Source: Strigamia acuminata (lineage: Eukaryota). Taken from it: a stretch of 64,000 nt of DNA. Under the pieces are notes generated by a model. That model ran no database searches. It had not been told where the DNA came from and saw only the letters and a program-made list of their open reading frames with translations. Positions 23,611 through 36,648 of the stretch are shown here, piece after piece; within the stretch, counting starts at the first letter, position 1; each line of letters begins with the position of its first letter. The position numbers and the translations under genes are program-made. Where the stretch lies: positions 4,030,001 through 4,094,000 of the forward strand of contig OX442314.1 of the NCBI GenBank assembly GCA_949358305.1, read 5' to 3'.

Positions 23611-26600
23611 ATGGTCAAGAAGATACCAATTAAAAAGCGGCGAATTGTGATTCAGTCGAGCTCTTCGGAGGAAGACGATACACCCACGGTCAACCCGACC
23701 ATCGTAACAATCCCGGGAGCGCCAAATACTCCTATTGTGCTCGACCAAAAAGGATGGGACATATTAACATGGGCCCGAAACAACCCAGAGGCTCTCCCAA
23801 AGGAAATTCGTCCAAAAACGGCTGTACCCAAAACGGCGATGGAGGTTACCCAAGAAACCTTCATTATACCAAAAAAGGACAGTTTCTCCAAAAGCCATCC
23901 TTTACAGCCGGTCCATAAACCAAGTACGAGTCGAATGAACGATTCATCGACCTCTCATGAGAGAAGTCTGGACGAGATTGTCCAATTAGAGGCGAATCGA
24001 AATCCCGAAGGAAATCGCCACCAAGACAGCAAACGCAAACAGCGAGAATACGTTCATTACGACTCGCCGCCACCCACGACTTCGCGCGAAGTAGTGTATA
24101 CCCCTAGATATAATACGGCTAGAGGAAAACGTACGTTTGTGTCCACGAGAGCCCCCAAACTACAGCCGATGACTGTTCAACAAAGAGCAGCTAATAAGCA
24201 AGAAAAGGCACTGCGTCGAAAAGCCGCTTGCGATCGTGACTTAGAATTGGGAATTCCACACGACAATTTGGAGCTCGCGAAGGGCGAAATACCGTGCCCC
24301 TTCTGTTTCGGGGTTGGTTGGATGTCCGGCTCCGGGACAGGGTGCCATTTAGCATCATGCGGGAATTGTCTCGGATCAAAACGACGATTAAAAATCCAAC
24401 CCTGGAACCTGTGACGGTGACGACCACAACTCCCATTTAACAATGGTACCGGGAAGAGATCGCAATAAATAAACAGTGAATACAATACGAGATAAATACA
24501 AGACAGTTTATTGTTGGCAAACAATATGGATGAGCTAAATTATACATAGGACTAATGCCGACATTTGGCAAGTTAAATCAGCTATTAAACTATACAAAGA
24601 ATTGGCCAACTGGCCCTAGAATAATATCACTACGGGTCTGGAATATGGGAGCGGTTTCCCCATCGCTCGACCTGATTATAGATGTCATCTTAAGCCGGAT
24701 GGCTGTGTCCTGGAGTCCGATACGGCTTCGCTGGTTTCCTTGGTTCGCTGTGTGAACTATCGCACGTCGATAAATCGAATGATCTGAGCATTGCGGTTGA
24801 CTTTGTCTGCACCGCCACAACTTTGGGAGGATATTGGTGTAAGTAAATGTATTCATTTACTTATCAATATTCCACTTATGAATTATATTTAATTCATATC
24901 GTTGTGAATTCTTATTTAGATATTTCGGGAATAAGTTGTCGTCAACTTATCGGTTATATTGAGTTCAATATGAGATTAAGTCTTCTGACTTGATTTTGGT
25001 CCAACTGGTTGTCGAGTTTAAGTTTTGCTGTTATAAATAAAATGAAGATTAAGCTTCCCGTCGCAACACACAATTGCCATCGATTAGAATATACGCCTTG
25101 CCATGCAGAACGGTATCAAGCGTCCCCGGCGTCGCAGCACGGTCGTCCATCGAGTGGTTGACGGTACCACGTACACAGGGGTCGATAGCTCGCGGCTCCG
25201 CACAGCAGTTTTATCTCTCGCGGTACTAATAATAGACCGACTGCTTTGGCATCGAATACCATGAGAATCAGCTTGCCAAACACTTGGTGCTACTCGTGGT
25301 TACTGTAAAACAGACTGCTTTGGCACCATCAGGTGAAGGAACCGATTCTCAACAATACCGATGCTACTCGTGGTAACGGAATACGTTCATACCGAAAAAG
25401 ACAACTTGGTCCTGTCCGGAGGATACTGAATTGCACAACGGCGGGTTCTCCTTCGGCGTCGCAACCGTAGACTGTAACATTTATGCAACATAATAATCCC
25501 AGCACTTCGACTTCAATTGCCGGCGGTGGCATGATTCTGTAGAATCATGCAACGGTTCTTTGCGAATAAATCAACAAAGAACCAAAAGGTTTTTTACGTG
25601 AACAACGAATCATATTTCATAAGTAACAATACCAAACAGAAAATAATCAAACAGAGCTGCAGAATGGCCGGTTGTTTGGGTTTATATAACCTGACTGGAT
25701 TAAGGATTAATCCAGTTATCCAATTGGAACATGGGTTCCACGAATCCCTCCAATCCCGTATCACCGGAAGTGGATACGGAGGAACAATGTGCTAATTCTC
25801 ACCACAACCGGAACTGGATACCCAGGACCGGAAATGGATCCACCAATCAGATCTATTGGTTGATCGATTGATCACCAAATGTCCTGTCCCGCAGAAAATG
25901 GAAGTTACATTGTATTTAACATCACAAGACATTAATATATCTTTATATTAATGTTCACAAAGCTTCGTTTCATTCTAGTAAATATAGTTTTATATTTATT
26001 TACATGTTTTATATTCATATCTTGAATTTGCCGCTAAATCGTAATCGCGCCATCTTGTGGCAACATTGCGCATTGACAAATGCGGTTTTAGCAGACGACT
26101 CTTCGTGATTCGGCCGGAATCCTTTGATATCAAGTAGGAATGAGTGTTTATTCTTAATAAACGAACATCTTTGTATTTGAAACATCATAAATAACTTTAT
26201 TCCAGACATTTATCAGTTTTACACAGAATATCTTCGAGATATCATGATAATGGCGCAACAGCGCTTCTTTCTAAGAAAATAGGCATTTATAGCCATTGTA
26301 AACCGTCACACATCCCCCTTAATAACACAATTATATAAAATTTTATAGAGTTTTCGTTATTCTCCTAATTAGCATAAATGCTATTTTCGGACTTGATGTA
26401 TCTTGGAGATACCGTGACTTCCAATTTCGAATTTGAGCTTACATAAACTAACTTGAATTATCTAAGTTCTGATTTTCTGCCGAAATAATCTTTTCTAATA
26501 GCCTAAATTCAAGTCCAGAATTTATTTCCAAGTCTTCTTTTTGAAGAAACTTTCGTCATACATAAAATCATCATTTGTGTTATCACAAAATATTTATTTC

Positions 26601-29600
26601 ATATGCCTAGTCAGATGTATCGCTATAAATATACAATAAATAGCTTTTAGATGATAAGAGTTGACAATTAAGAAATCATAATTGTCCCCCTTAATTGTCA
26701 TGACCGGAGTCACTTGGTATTCTTTGTACAATTGACTAATTTAATTAAACTAGTTGTCTTAATAATGTAGCATTACTTTTCAAAATTTTGTTAATTCTAA
26801 CTTTTATATTTTGTCCCCCTTTTCTTTAGAAGAGAGGTCATGATTTTTAGAAGAGGATTTTCTGTTTACACTATAATCGGGGAATCTTTGTGTATCATAT
26901 CATGTTAATCAACATGATTCTTTGCTAAATATTGAGCTCGCATATTTGCAAATTTCCGAGATCTCTCAGCCTGCTGTACTGATTTTTTTTCGACGTTTTT
27001 TCTTTGGGCAGTTACACACAGTGTACTCACTTGGCAGTGTAAATGACCGTGACGACCCAACTTTTTGTTTTAGGTCATCTCTGGAAAACCATACATGAAT
27101 GGGACCCTCATTGGAAAACCATACGTGGAAAGGACCCATATTTGGAATTGTGAAATCCCGCAACAAACGAGGGGATCTATATTTGACTCTAAGTCGTGGA
27201 ACTGATGATTGGAAACCTGGGTTTTCAGTCAGTTTTTGAACATGTTGGTTTGTACTTGAAGTTTCTTCATCACCAGCTGGACTTGGTGACCGAAAACGCT
27301 TTTTTGAAGTTCTTAATTCCTCTCGTTGAGATGAATTATTCTGGATATTGCAGGGTTGCTTTCCAGACGCAAATTGTTGTATCTCCGTCAGATTGACGAC
27401 TGGGACGGGTTTTAGTCGTTGGTTACGGTATTGATTTCGAAATACGAATTGTTGCGCTTCGTTTATATTTTTAAATTCAGCTGAATTTAACTGGTATTGT
27501 TTACAATACTGTTCGAATTGATACCGGATCTCCCGTGGGTTAGTCAAAAAACTTTCTTTTTTAGGTTTAAAATCATTCTCATTATCGTGTTGGTAATACT
27601 TTTTCAAGGGAAAAGTTTGCTTGACCTTTTTTCGATTTGAAATGGGCGTTAGGTAGAATTGTCTTGGCTGGGGACTCTTCTTGGTAGACAAATCATACGT
27701 CCGCAAACATGAGTTTGTGATCGGCGATCGGGCACGTTGTTGTACGTTATTTGACTGCAAATGTTTGTTTGGAGTCCGAATATCTTTCCTTTGCGTTGAT
27801 ATTGGTGGCCCAAAACTTTTGTTTACGGTTCCCAATTCTTTTGATAGCGGTAGGTTAATCGACAGATTAAGGCTAGCCACATATCGTTGTGCTTCAGCTG
27901 GATTAGCATATCGAACTGAAATTAGCTGATCTCGATTGTAAACGAGTTTTAATTTGTTCTGAACAACCGACTGGTTAGTTAACGAACTCTCTGGACGAGA
28001 ATTATTAGGTTTATAATTCTCTTCCCCCTTATCTACCGAATTAGGTGGTTTAAACTTTTCTAACTTAGATCCCCTACTGGATGTTTGAAACATAGTATGA
28101 GAATCTTGATTCACTAAGTTTCGGCTGTATGTTTGTGGATTCCGTACTGGATCTTGATGTGAAGATTGAGATTGGGTACGGTCTCGCCAGTTCCTAGCTT
28201 TTACATAGTCTGAAGCTTCGATTATATTTTTAAACTTGGTTTTATCCAGTCCATGACGATTACAATACAGAGTAAAATGATCGGGAATCTTTTCTGTTTG
28301 ATCGCCAAGTGGTACAGAACTTAAATTTAAGTTTGTCTGCTTATTATTTCCTTTTGGATCGATCATATTCAATGGTTTTTGAGCCATAAAAAAATTCAAA
28401 ATCTGACGATTTTAATTCTTTAATTTATAAAGAAGACGAATATAATACACTTTTCAACAAGAAACACTTCTAAACTTTACTTTTGACAAAATAAAATTAA
28501 ACTTCGCGTTTGTTTGACACGTGTTAGCTTTTGCAGGTTACACGGCACACAAAATTCGAATCGTGACTGAAATCGGGACGGCGTGGTCAAGATGACTCTG
28601 GAACACGTCTTCTGGTCTGGTCTGGATGCGAATGATCAGTATCTGATCTGGTCCTCCTTTAATAGCAGGGGGCTGGGGATCCCTAGATCTCCCAACTTCT
28701 GATTGGCGGATGTTAGTGTCGGCCAATGGTATAAAGGACGTTACATCTATTTAGTAGTTCTCTACTAAGTCCGTTCCCTTCGAGATTCAATTTTACCGAT
28801 AAAATAAAATTCCTTCGGGAAGACATTCGTAAAATATTGTATTTTTCAAATGAAAATAAAATAAACTTACTTCAATCTTCTTGAACTTTGGGATTTTTAC
28901 CAATCCAAATAATTAAATAACTTTTCTTCAAAAAATATTTTTCTTTGATTATTCCGTTTAGTGTGTAATATCATTACAACCACAGTTTTAATAAAGTTTT
29001 CTCAAACTCTCAATTTTTCTTATTCTTATTCAATTATCGTTCAAATAATCATTCCTTTGTAATTGAAATCTATTTTCGATTCCCAACATTGTGTATTCAT
29101 TTCCAATAGGAAGAATAATTTGACCAAGTCTTTACTTTTTCGGGTTTAAATTCCATTTTTCGAGTGTGAAAAAAATAAATTTTCACCATCCATCTCCCCC
29201 TTTTTTAACAAATTTTTTTAACAAATAAAAATTCGTTAAAATTCTTTAAATTTGTTTTGCGAGAAAAATTATCTAATTCTCTAATCTTCCAAAAGAAAAT
29301 ATTCGAAATTTTACTTTAAACGATAAAGTTATTGGTACAAATGTGTACTTGTTTTTCGGGAGAAAACTATTCGACAATCCTTTAGACTTTTGGGTAAAAA
29401 TTATTCATCAAATCTTTCTTTTTTGATGACAATTGCTTTGATTTTTCGAAAGAAAATATCTAGCTAAATTCCACTTTTCCTGAGCGGACAATTGTTTTCA
29501 CAATTAGTTATTCCTTTGCGATATTTACGAAGGACGTGTCTTTGATTATTCGTTTTAATAATTTTCGTCCCCCTTATCTCTAATAACGAGATGTTTTTGC

Positions 29601-32600
29601 AGAGATCTTTTATCTTTTGAATGAAAGAATATTTAAATCTCAATTGTCGTAAATACCTTCATCTGCTGCAGCATTTCCTCAATTTGAACTTTTCAAATGA
29701 AAAGACAAATCTGGAGAACTTTCACTGTCAAACTTCTATTCCTATCGCGCCAAAATTCGTAATTCACTGGTTTGGAATTCCGTATAACACGTGACACAAT
29801 AACAGTATCGATGTCACAATTAAGCAGTTTACTACTCGGTCCGCGCGAGGACATGTAAATTACTTTTTTCCGATAAAAATAATTTTTCTTTGAAAAATAT
29901 TTGAAATTGATTTTTCACAACTACTTTTGAATGAAATAAAATGAAGTTATTCCAACTTTTCGTTAATTGCTCACACATAACATTCCCTTTACTGTGGGAT
30001 TTGCATCGAAATTCCATTTTTAAAGAACCTTTCTTTTACTTATCGCAAATAAAACATATTCAATCGTTTTTCTGATTAAACTTTAACACGTAAATTACGA
30101 ACGAAATATATGATGACATTCCATTAACCTTTAGGAAAATTGACTAAATTCTTAATTTTTAGAGAAAAATAATGTATCTAGAATCTTTCCTTTTCCGAAT
30201 AAAATCTATGTTCAAAATAGAAGATAAATCTTGTGCAATTCTTAGTTTTTTCGAATGGAAAAATACAACTTTTCATCAGCGGTGATTTATTTGATTTTTC
30301 CGAAAGAAAAATAATTACTTTGAAACTTATTTTCTTCGTTTAAATCAGCTATCTGATTTTAAAGCTTCAATCCAATTAAAAAATATTCGCTCCGTAAATA
30401 TTTCATGTGGCAAAGTTCATAGCCACAAATGGATTTGTTATTCCGGTTTTAAGAAATCATGTGGGAAAATGTCCGATTAGATTACTAAAAATATTCGTTG
30501 TTTTTCAAACAGCTAAATTTCATTTAGAAATTCTCAAAATTTGGGAGACCCAAATATCGTTGGAAACTTAAAACACTGTTAAATTTCCGAAAGGAAAGAT
30601 TGAATGAAATCCTTTTACTTTTCCGAGGGAAAGCGTTTATCGTGATTCGTAACTTTCAATGTAAAAAATACTATTCTACGTGGTCGGCAACTTCATTCGC
30701 CGCCATTTTATATTTTCTTAATTTCCATTGTCCCGAAGGAAAAAATGTACTTTTTGTGAAAATAGTTAATTCCTTCAAATAAAGGTAATATTCATTTCGA
30801 TTTGCAAATCTTTTCTGCGAAATGGAGTGTGTTGTTTTTCTCCAACAACTAAATTATCTTTGGTACCGATGGCAGTGGAAAAATTAGTTCGCGACACTTA
30901 AATAAATCTCTACGAACCTTCTGTAACATTTCTCCGCTGTCTTTTATCTGTTGTCCGCCATAATTTCCAAGCATTCGTTCGCACCTTGCGTTGAAGGTTT
31001 GAGTAGCTTCCCTGCTGCGTTTGATACGGAGATCGACGCGTATTGCTATGGCGCGTGGTCGCTGGCTATCGGTGTCGACGTACAGTTACAAGAAACTTAA
31101 TTTCTTGTAAATATTTCCAAATAGTTGCGGTGTTTTCTTCGTTTTAACTTTTCAGGTGGAAAGATAAATTCGTAAGAAGTCCGCCTTCTAAACTTGTATG
31201 TTTTTAGCTTTTCGAAATAAAACAAACTTCGAAAAAAATATCTGTATTCTTATTTCACTCGAAACTTTTTTTTGATTTCTTATTTAAAATACTTCGTATT
31301 CCTTAAATTGTCGAACGAAAATAGTAAAGAGAGTTCACTAAACGTTTCCATTTCGTCAGTTTAACTTTTCACATGAAAATATAAACTGAAAATCTATTTG
31401 TCTGTTTTAACTAAAATTTTTTTGTTAATATCGGATTCAAGATTCGCTTTTGCAATTCGATCGAATTAATTTGCAACCTATTTCAGTGATCGTGTGATAG
31501 GTCTATAACTTCCGAAATTCCTAGTTAAAGGACTGTTTTGGTGTTTCTCAAGAAAATAAACATGGTTTGAAACTTGTCTGTTTTTTAACTAAATCTTTTA
31601 GTTAAATATTTATCTCAAAATTCACTTTTACAATTCTATCGAATTTAATTGCAACCTAATCTCGGTGGGACCTCCACGTGTGAGATTAGGTGGTAGTCTT
31701 TGAAATCCCTAAAATCTTCAAACGAAAATAATGAAGGAAAATCTACTACGTATTTCTATTTCATCAGTTTAACTTCTTCACATGGAAATATAAACTGAAA
31801 ATTTAATCTGTCTATTTTTAACTTAAATCTTTTAGTTAAATATTTATCTCCAATATTCACTGTTGCAATTCAATCGAATTTAATTGCAACCTAATCTCGG
31901 TGGGACCTCCACGTGTGACGGTGACGACCACAACTCCCATTTAACAATGGTACCGGGAAGAGATCGCAATAAATAAACAGTGAATACAATACGAGATAAA
32001 TACAAGACAGTTTATTGTTGGCAAACAATATGGATGAGCTAAATTATACATAGGACTAATGCCGACATTTGGCAAGTTAAATCAGCTATTAAACTATACA
32101 AAGAATTGGCCAACTGGCCCTAGAATAATATCACTACGGGTCTGGAATATGGGAGCGGTTTCCCCATCGCTCGACCTGATTATAGATGTCATCTTAAGCC
32201 GGATGGCTGTGTCCTGGAGTCCGATACGGCTTCGCTGGTTTCCTTGGTTCGCTGTGTGAACTATCGCACGTCGATAAATCGAATGATCTGAGCATTGCGG
32301 TTGACTTTGTCTGCACCGCCACAACTTTGGGAGGATATTGGTGTAAGTAAATGTATTCATTTACTTATCAATATTCCACTTATGAATTATATTTAATTCA
32401 TATCGTTGTGAATTCTTATTTAGATATTTCGGGAATAAGTTGTCGTCAACTTATCGGTTATATTGAGTTCAATATGAGATTAAGTCTTCTGACTTGATTT
32501 TGGTCCAACTGGTTGTCGAGTTTAAGTTTTGCTGTTATAAATAAAATGAAGATTAAGCTTCCCGTCGCAACACACAATTGCCATCGATTAGAATATACGC

Positions 32601-34630
32601 CTTGCCATGCAGAACGGTATCAAGCGTCCCCGGCGTCGCAGCACGGTCGTCCATCGAGTGGTTGACGGTACCACGTACACAGGGGTCGATAGCTCGCGGC
32701 TCCGCACAGCAGTTTTATCTCTCGCGGTACTAATAATAGACCGACTGCTTTGGCATCGAATACCATGAGAATCAGCTTGCCAAACACTTGGTGCTACTCG
32801 TGGTTACTGTAAAACAGACTGCTTTGGCACCATCAGGTGAAGGAACCGATTCTCAACAATACCGATGCTACTCGTGGTAACGGAATACGTTCATACCGAA
32901 AAAGACAACTTGGTCCTGTCCGGAGGATACTGAATTGCACAACGGCGGGTTCTCCTTCGGCGTCGCAACCGTAGACTGTAACATTTATGCAACATAATAA
33001 TCCCAGCACTTCGACTTCAATTGCCGGCGGTGGCATGATTCTGTAGAATCATGCAACGGTTCTTTGCGAATAAATCAACAAAGAACCAAAAGGTTTTTTA
33101 CGTGAACAACGAATCATATTTCATAAGTAACAATACCAAACAGAAAATAATCAAACAGAGCTGCAGAATGGCCGGTTGTTTGGGTTTATATAACCTGACT
33201 GGATTAAGGATTAATCCAGTTATCCAATTGGAACATGGGTTCCACGAATCCCTCCAATCCCGTATCACCGGAAGTGGATACGGAGGAACAATGTGCTAAT
33301 TCTCACCACAACCGGAACTGGATACCCAGGACCGGAAATGGATCCACCAATCAGATCTATTGGTTGATCGATTGATCACCAAATGTCCTGTCCCGCAGAA
33401 AATGGAAGTTACATTGTATTTAACATCACAAGACATTAATATATCTTTATATTAATGTTCACAAAGCTTCGTTTCATTCTAGTAAATATAGTTTTATATT
33501 TATTTACATGTTTTATATTCATATCTTGAATTTGCCGCTAAATCGTAATCGCGCCATCTTGTGGCAACATTGCGCATTGACAAATGCGGTTTTAGCAGAC
33601 GACTCTTCGTGATTCGGCCGGAATCCTTTGATATCAAGTAGGAATGAGTGTTTATTCTTAATAAACGAACATCTTTGTATTTGAAACATCATAAATAACT
33701 TTATTCCAGACATTTATCAGTTTTACACAGAATATCTTCGAGATATCATGATAATGGCGCAACAGCGCTTCTTTCTAAGAAAATAGGCATTTATAGCCAT
33801 TGTAAACCGTCACAAACCCCAAGTTTGTTTCATTCGTGGTTAAAGGGTTGTTCGATCCAGTACCCCGAAAATGGGCAACCTGCCACCTTTGTAAAGCTTT
33901 ACTATCTAACGATGGCAAAGCTGTATACGAGGATCCCGAATTTATGAATTCGCGAAGAACGCCCCTTGGCCTTCAAATGGGTTTGGAAAAAATGCCAAGT
34001 GTTGTCTGCGTAGATAATGCGACTCAAACGGACGAAGCCGCATTAGTCCCCATGCCAAACGTTGTGGAACACGGAATTTCGAACGAGTTCTTAATTGAAC
34101 CTTACCAAGTTCCTCCGAACACCAAGATAGGACAGTTATTTGTTTGGGAGGTTGAATACTACTACCCCATCGTGGCTCGACTTGCAATTATCATTTCTCG
34201 TCAATTGGTTACGGGCCTACCCGATCAAATAACAGTAGGGTATGTGACCAGGATCATGCAAATGATCTTGAATCCACGTCGCGTTGAGGGCTTCAACATT
34301 TTGGAGCACCTTTGGAATTTGCTCGTGGGAAAAATCGCAGCTGAGATGAAAAATCAAATATGCGAAGGCTGGATTTTGGTTTTGCCCCCGGTGATTGACA
34401 TCTACGAAAATCTCAAGAAAATGATCGATGAAGAAGACGGATCGACTGATCAGCCTGAAGCAGGGGATAAAGCACCCGAGACTCCCATCGCCACGGAAGT
34501 TGTTGCGACCGCTGCATTCTTCATAGATCGGCAACCGGAAGAACCTCTTCCCGCCAAGAAACGTGGCAAAAGCTCCTCTTCGAAGGATAGGCAAAAGCCC
34601 GCCACGGAGACCGAAAAAGGTCAAGAATAA
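23611..34630 (+). CDS. ORF3 of element B (536 aa when rejoined: 23611-24409 + 33819-34630), Cys-rich putative nuclear protein, interrupted by element C
   Basis: Removing C and one AACC TSD restores the frame (...KIQPWN-PKFVSFVVKG...); CPFCFGVG, CGNCLGSK and CHLC motifs; basic KKRR and KKRG clusters. Confidence 0.8.
24410..26310 (-). repeat. 3' LTR of element C
   Basis: Direct repeat of 31914-33814. Confidence 0.95.
26966..28387 (-). CDS. Element C protein (~473 aa): two copies of the Gag N-terminal module in basic low-complexity sequence, no capsid
   Basis: IPDHFTLYCNRHGLDKTKFKNIIEASDYV and FEQYCKQYQLNSAEFKNINEAQQFV both match B IPDDLTEYCRLYNLNRADFKTITEAVNHV; C-terminal PKKKRRKK. Confidence 0.75.
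   Translation of the reverse strand: MAQKPLNMIDPKGNNKQTNLNLSSVPLGDQTEKIPDHFTLYCNRHGLDKTKFKNIIEASDYVKARNWRDRTQSQSSHQDPVRNPQTYSRNLVNQDSHTMFQTSSRGSKLEKFKPPNSVDKGEENYKPNNSRPESSLTNQSVVQNKLKLVYNRDQLISVRYANPAEAQRYVASLNLSINLPLSKELGTVNKSFGPPISTQRKDIRTPNKHLQSNNVQQRARSPITNSCLRTYDLSTKKSPQPRQFYLTPISNRKKVKQTFPLKKYYQHDNENDFKPKKESFLTNPREIRYQFEQYCKQYQLNSAEFKNINEAQQFVFRNQYRNQRLKPVPVVNLTEIQQFASGKQPCNIQNNSSQREELRTSKKRFRSPSPAGDEETSSTNQHVQKLTENPGFQSSVPRLRVKYRSPRLLRDFTIPNMGPFHVWFSNEGPIHVWFSRDDLKQKVGSSRSFTLPSEYTVCNCPKKKRRKKISTAG
31914..33814 (-). repeat. 5' LTR of element C
   Basis: Followed on - by CG and the PBS. Confidence 0.95.
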
Positions 34631-34994
34631 GCGGTATTTCGAATTTAAACAATTAGCAGTTTGTTTGTGTGTTCTGTGATAAAAAGATATAATATGTAAC
34701 CGGAAAATTCTTTAATTAAGATTTTTGTAAGAAGTGCTTTTTCCGTTATACGAAAATGACTTCATGTTTATTGTTTTAATAATAACCAAATTATTTTTAT
34801 AACCGTCTCTAAAAAGAGAAAATAAAAACATTTTTGAGCATCCTAAGGATAAGAACATGTTTATTAAAAACACTCGTGGGCCTTATAAGTATTGGAAATA
34901 AAATATTTATTAATATGGATAAATTTGGCACAAATGATATTCCTAAAGAATAACATAAAATATAAGAGTATATGTTTAGTTATTAAGGGGGATG

Positions 34995-36648
34995 TGTGAC
35001 AAATTAGCAATAGATGGCGCCACTAGTACTAGCGGCAAATTCAACCTCGAGCTTACTATTTCCCATATAAATAGTTCACAAACATATTATTATGTTTGAT
35101 ACGACCAAATGTGATTCACATCGATAATATAAAGGTATATTATCAATACTTAAGAAGATAAAAATAGGCGTTACTGCTTTATCACCGATACATGACGAGG
35201 AACACGGTTTTGAATGTATTTCCGTTCTGTGTATCCATTTCCTGTCCCCGGTATCCAGTTCCGGTTTATGCTAAAAGATTAACATAATCCCAATTTGCAT
35301 CTCCGTATCCACTTCCTGCGATACGAGATTGGTGGAACCTAATCCCACCGAGTATAAAACTCCCTGACAACAGGAAGTTAAGTTAGTTCTTGATTTCTGG
35401 TTATTTGGTATGTTCCGCATGTCAAATAACTGTTTCTTACTCAGGGCATGGGCCTACCGGTCCATGCATAGCATGGCTCTGCTGAGCCATGCAACCCCCG
35501 TCAACTGAAGGCGAAGTTCGGACTGTTAATGTTTCCGTCAAACGGTCTTGCCGAGGAGAAAGCCTCCCGCATAAGTATCCTCGTGGTCGGACAATAGAAT
35601 CACGTGTGATACCAAAGTATTTAGTAACCGTTAGTAGCACTGTTACTGAAAGAGATTGACTCCATCACTTGATGGTGCCAAAGCAGTCTGCATGCAAAAC
35701 ATGCAGTTACCGCCAGTAGCACTATGTGTTTGGGAAAGTTATATCTCTTCAGTGATGGTGCCAAAGCAGTCTACTTATGAGTAGTATCTCAGGTGATTAA
35801 TTCTGTTGTGCAGAACTGCGGGCTATATCCCCCTGAATACCAGTGCCGTCTCTCACCGCACTGTTAGTTAGGGCACGCGCGATACTGTTCTGCTCAGCAA
35901 GGCGAACTTTGACGGCAATTGTGTGTTGCGATGTTTAACCTTTATATTTTGTAGTTGATAAATACACCTTAATTGTTTAAACTTGGCAACAAGTTAACAA
36001 CCGAAGTAAGTCACGAGACTTATTTCACTGTATGACGAATCAAATTCGTAACAATAAATTGAATACAATTTATTGAGTTAATTTATTAAACTCACAACAT
36101 CGCGAATTAAATATAATTCGCAAGCGGAACCTTGGCGAATAAATGACTTCATTTATTCATTACCAATTTCCAACCCTAGTTGTGGCGGTGCACATGAGTC
36201 AACCGCACCTCTCGGATCGAACCAAACAGCATTACACGGACCATTACACGATACGAACCAGGAACGTGAAGGAACCAGTTCCACGATTACGAAGCGCCGA
36301 CGGAAGCCGCGAGGACACAGCCAGCCCGGCTACGCGTAGATGACATCTTTTAACTCGGTCGAGCGGGCATTTTGCCGTTCCCGAACCCCGGATCACCAAT
36401 AACCGTAATCATATTATTTTAGGGCTGTTTTACAGCCAATTTCATGTATAGTTTAACTTGTATTTAACTTGCCAAATGTCGGCATTAGAATTTGTATAAC
36501 TTTTAGGATTGATTATATTGTTTAGTAACAATAAATGTCACGTTTTGAGAAACTCTGTTGTCTTTATTATCTCGTATTTTAATCACTTATTCACGCGACT
36601 TATACCCGGTACTATCATGCGATAGGAGTTGTGGTCGTCACCGTCACA
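34995..36648 (+). repeat. 3' LTR of element B (1654 bp; U3 differs from the 5' LTR)
   Basis: Preceded by the PPT; followed by TSD AGGT. Confidence 0.93.

Larger units (their letters stand above)
24410..33814 (-). mobile_element. Element C: non-autonomous LTR element related to B (9.4 kb), nested antisense in B
   Basis: Apparently identical 1901-bp LTRs 24410-26310 and 31914-33814; TSD AACC; PBS TGGAGGTCCCACCGAGAT at 31894-31911 (-); PPT AAGGGGGATG at 26311-26320 (-). Confidence 0.94.
14379..36648 (+). mobile_element. Element B: Ty3/gypsy LTR retrotransposon (12.9 kb without nested C) with gag, pol and ORF3
   Basis: LTRs 14379-16261 and 34995-36648; TSD AGGT (empty site seen in copy 3 at 51301-51304); PBS TGGAGGTTCCACCGAGAT 16264-16281; PPT AAGGGGGATG 34985-34994; domain order PR-RT-RH-IN. 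Confidence 0.96.

Noticed and set aside
23611..34630. ORF3 as a canonical envelope gene
   Set aside because: No signal peptide, furin/fusion-peptide arrangement or C-terminal TM segment is visible.
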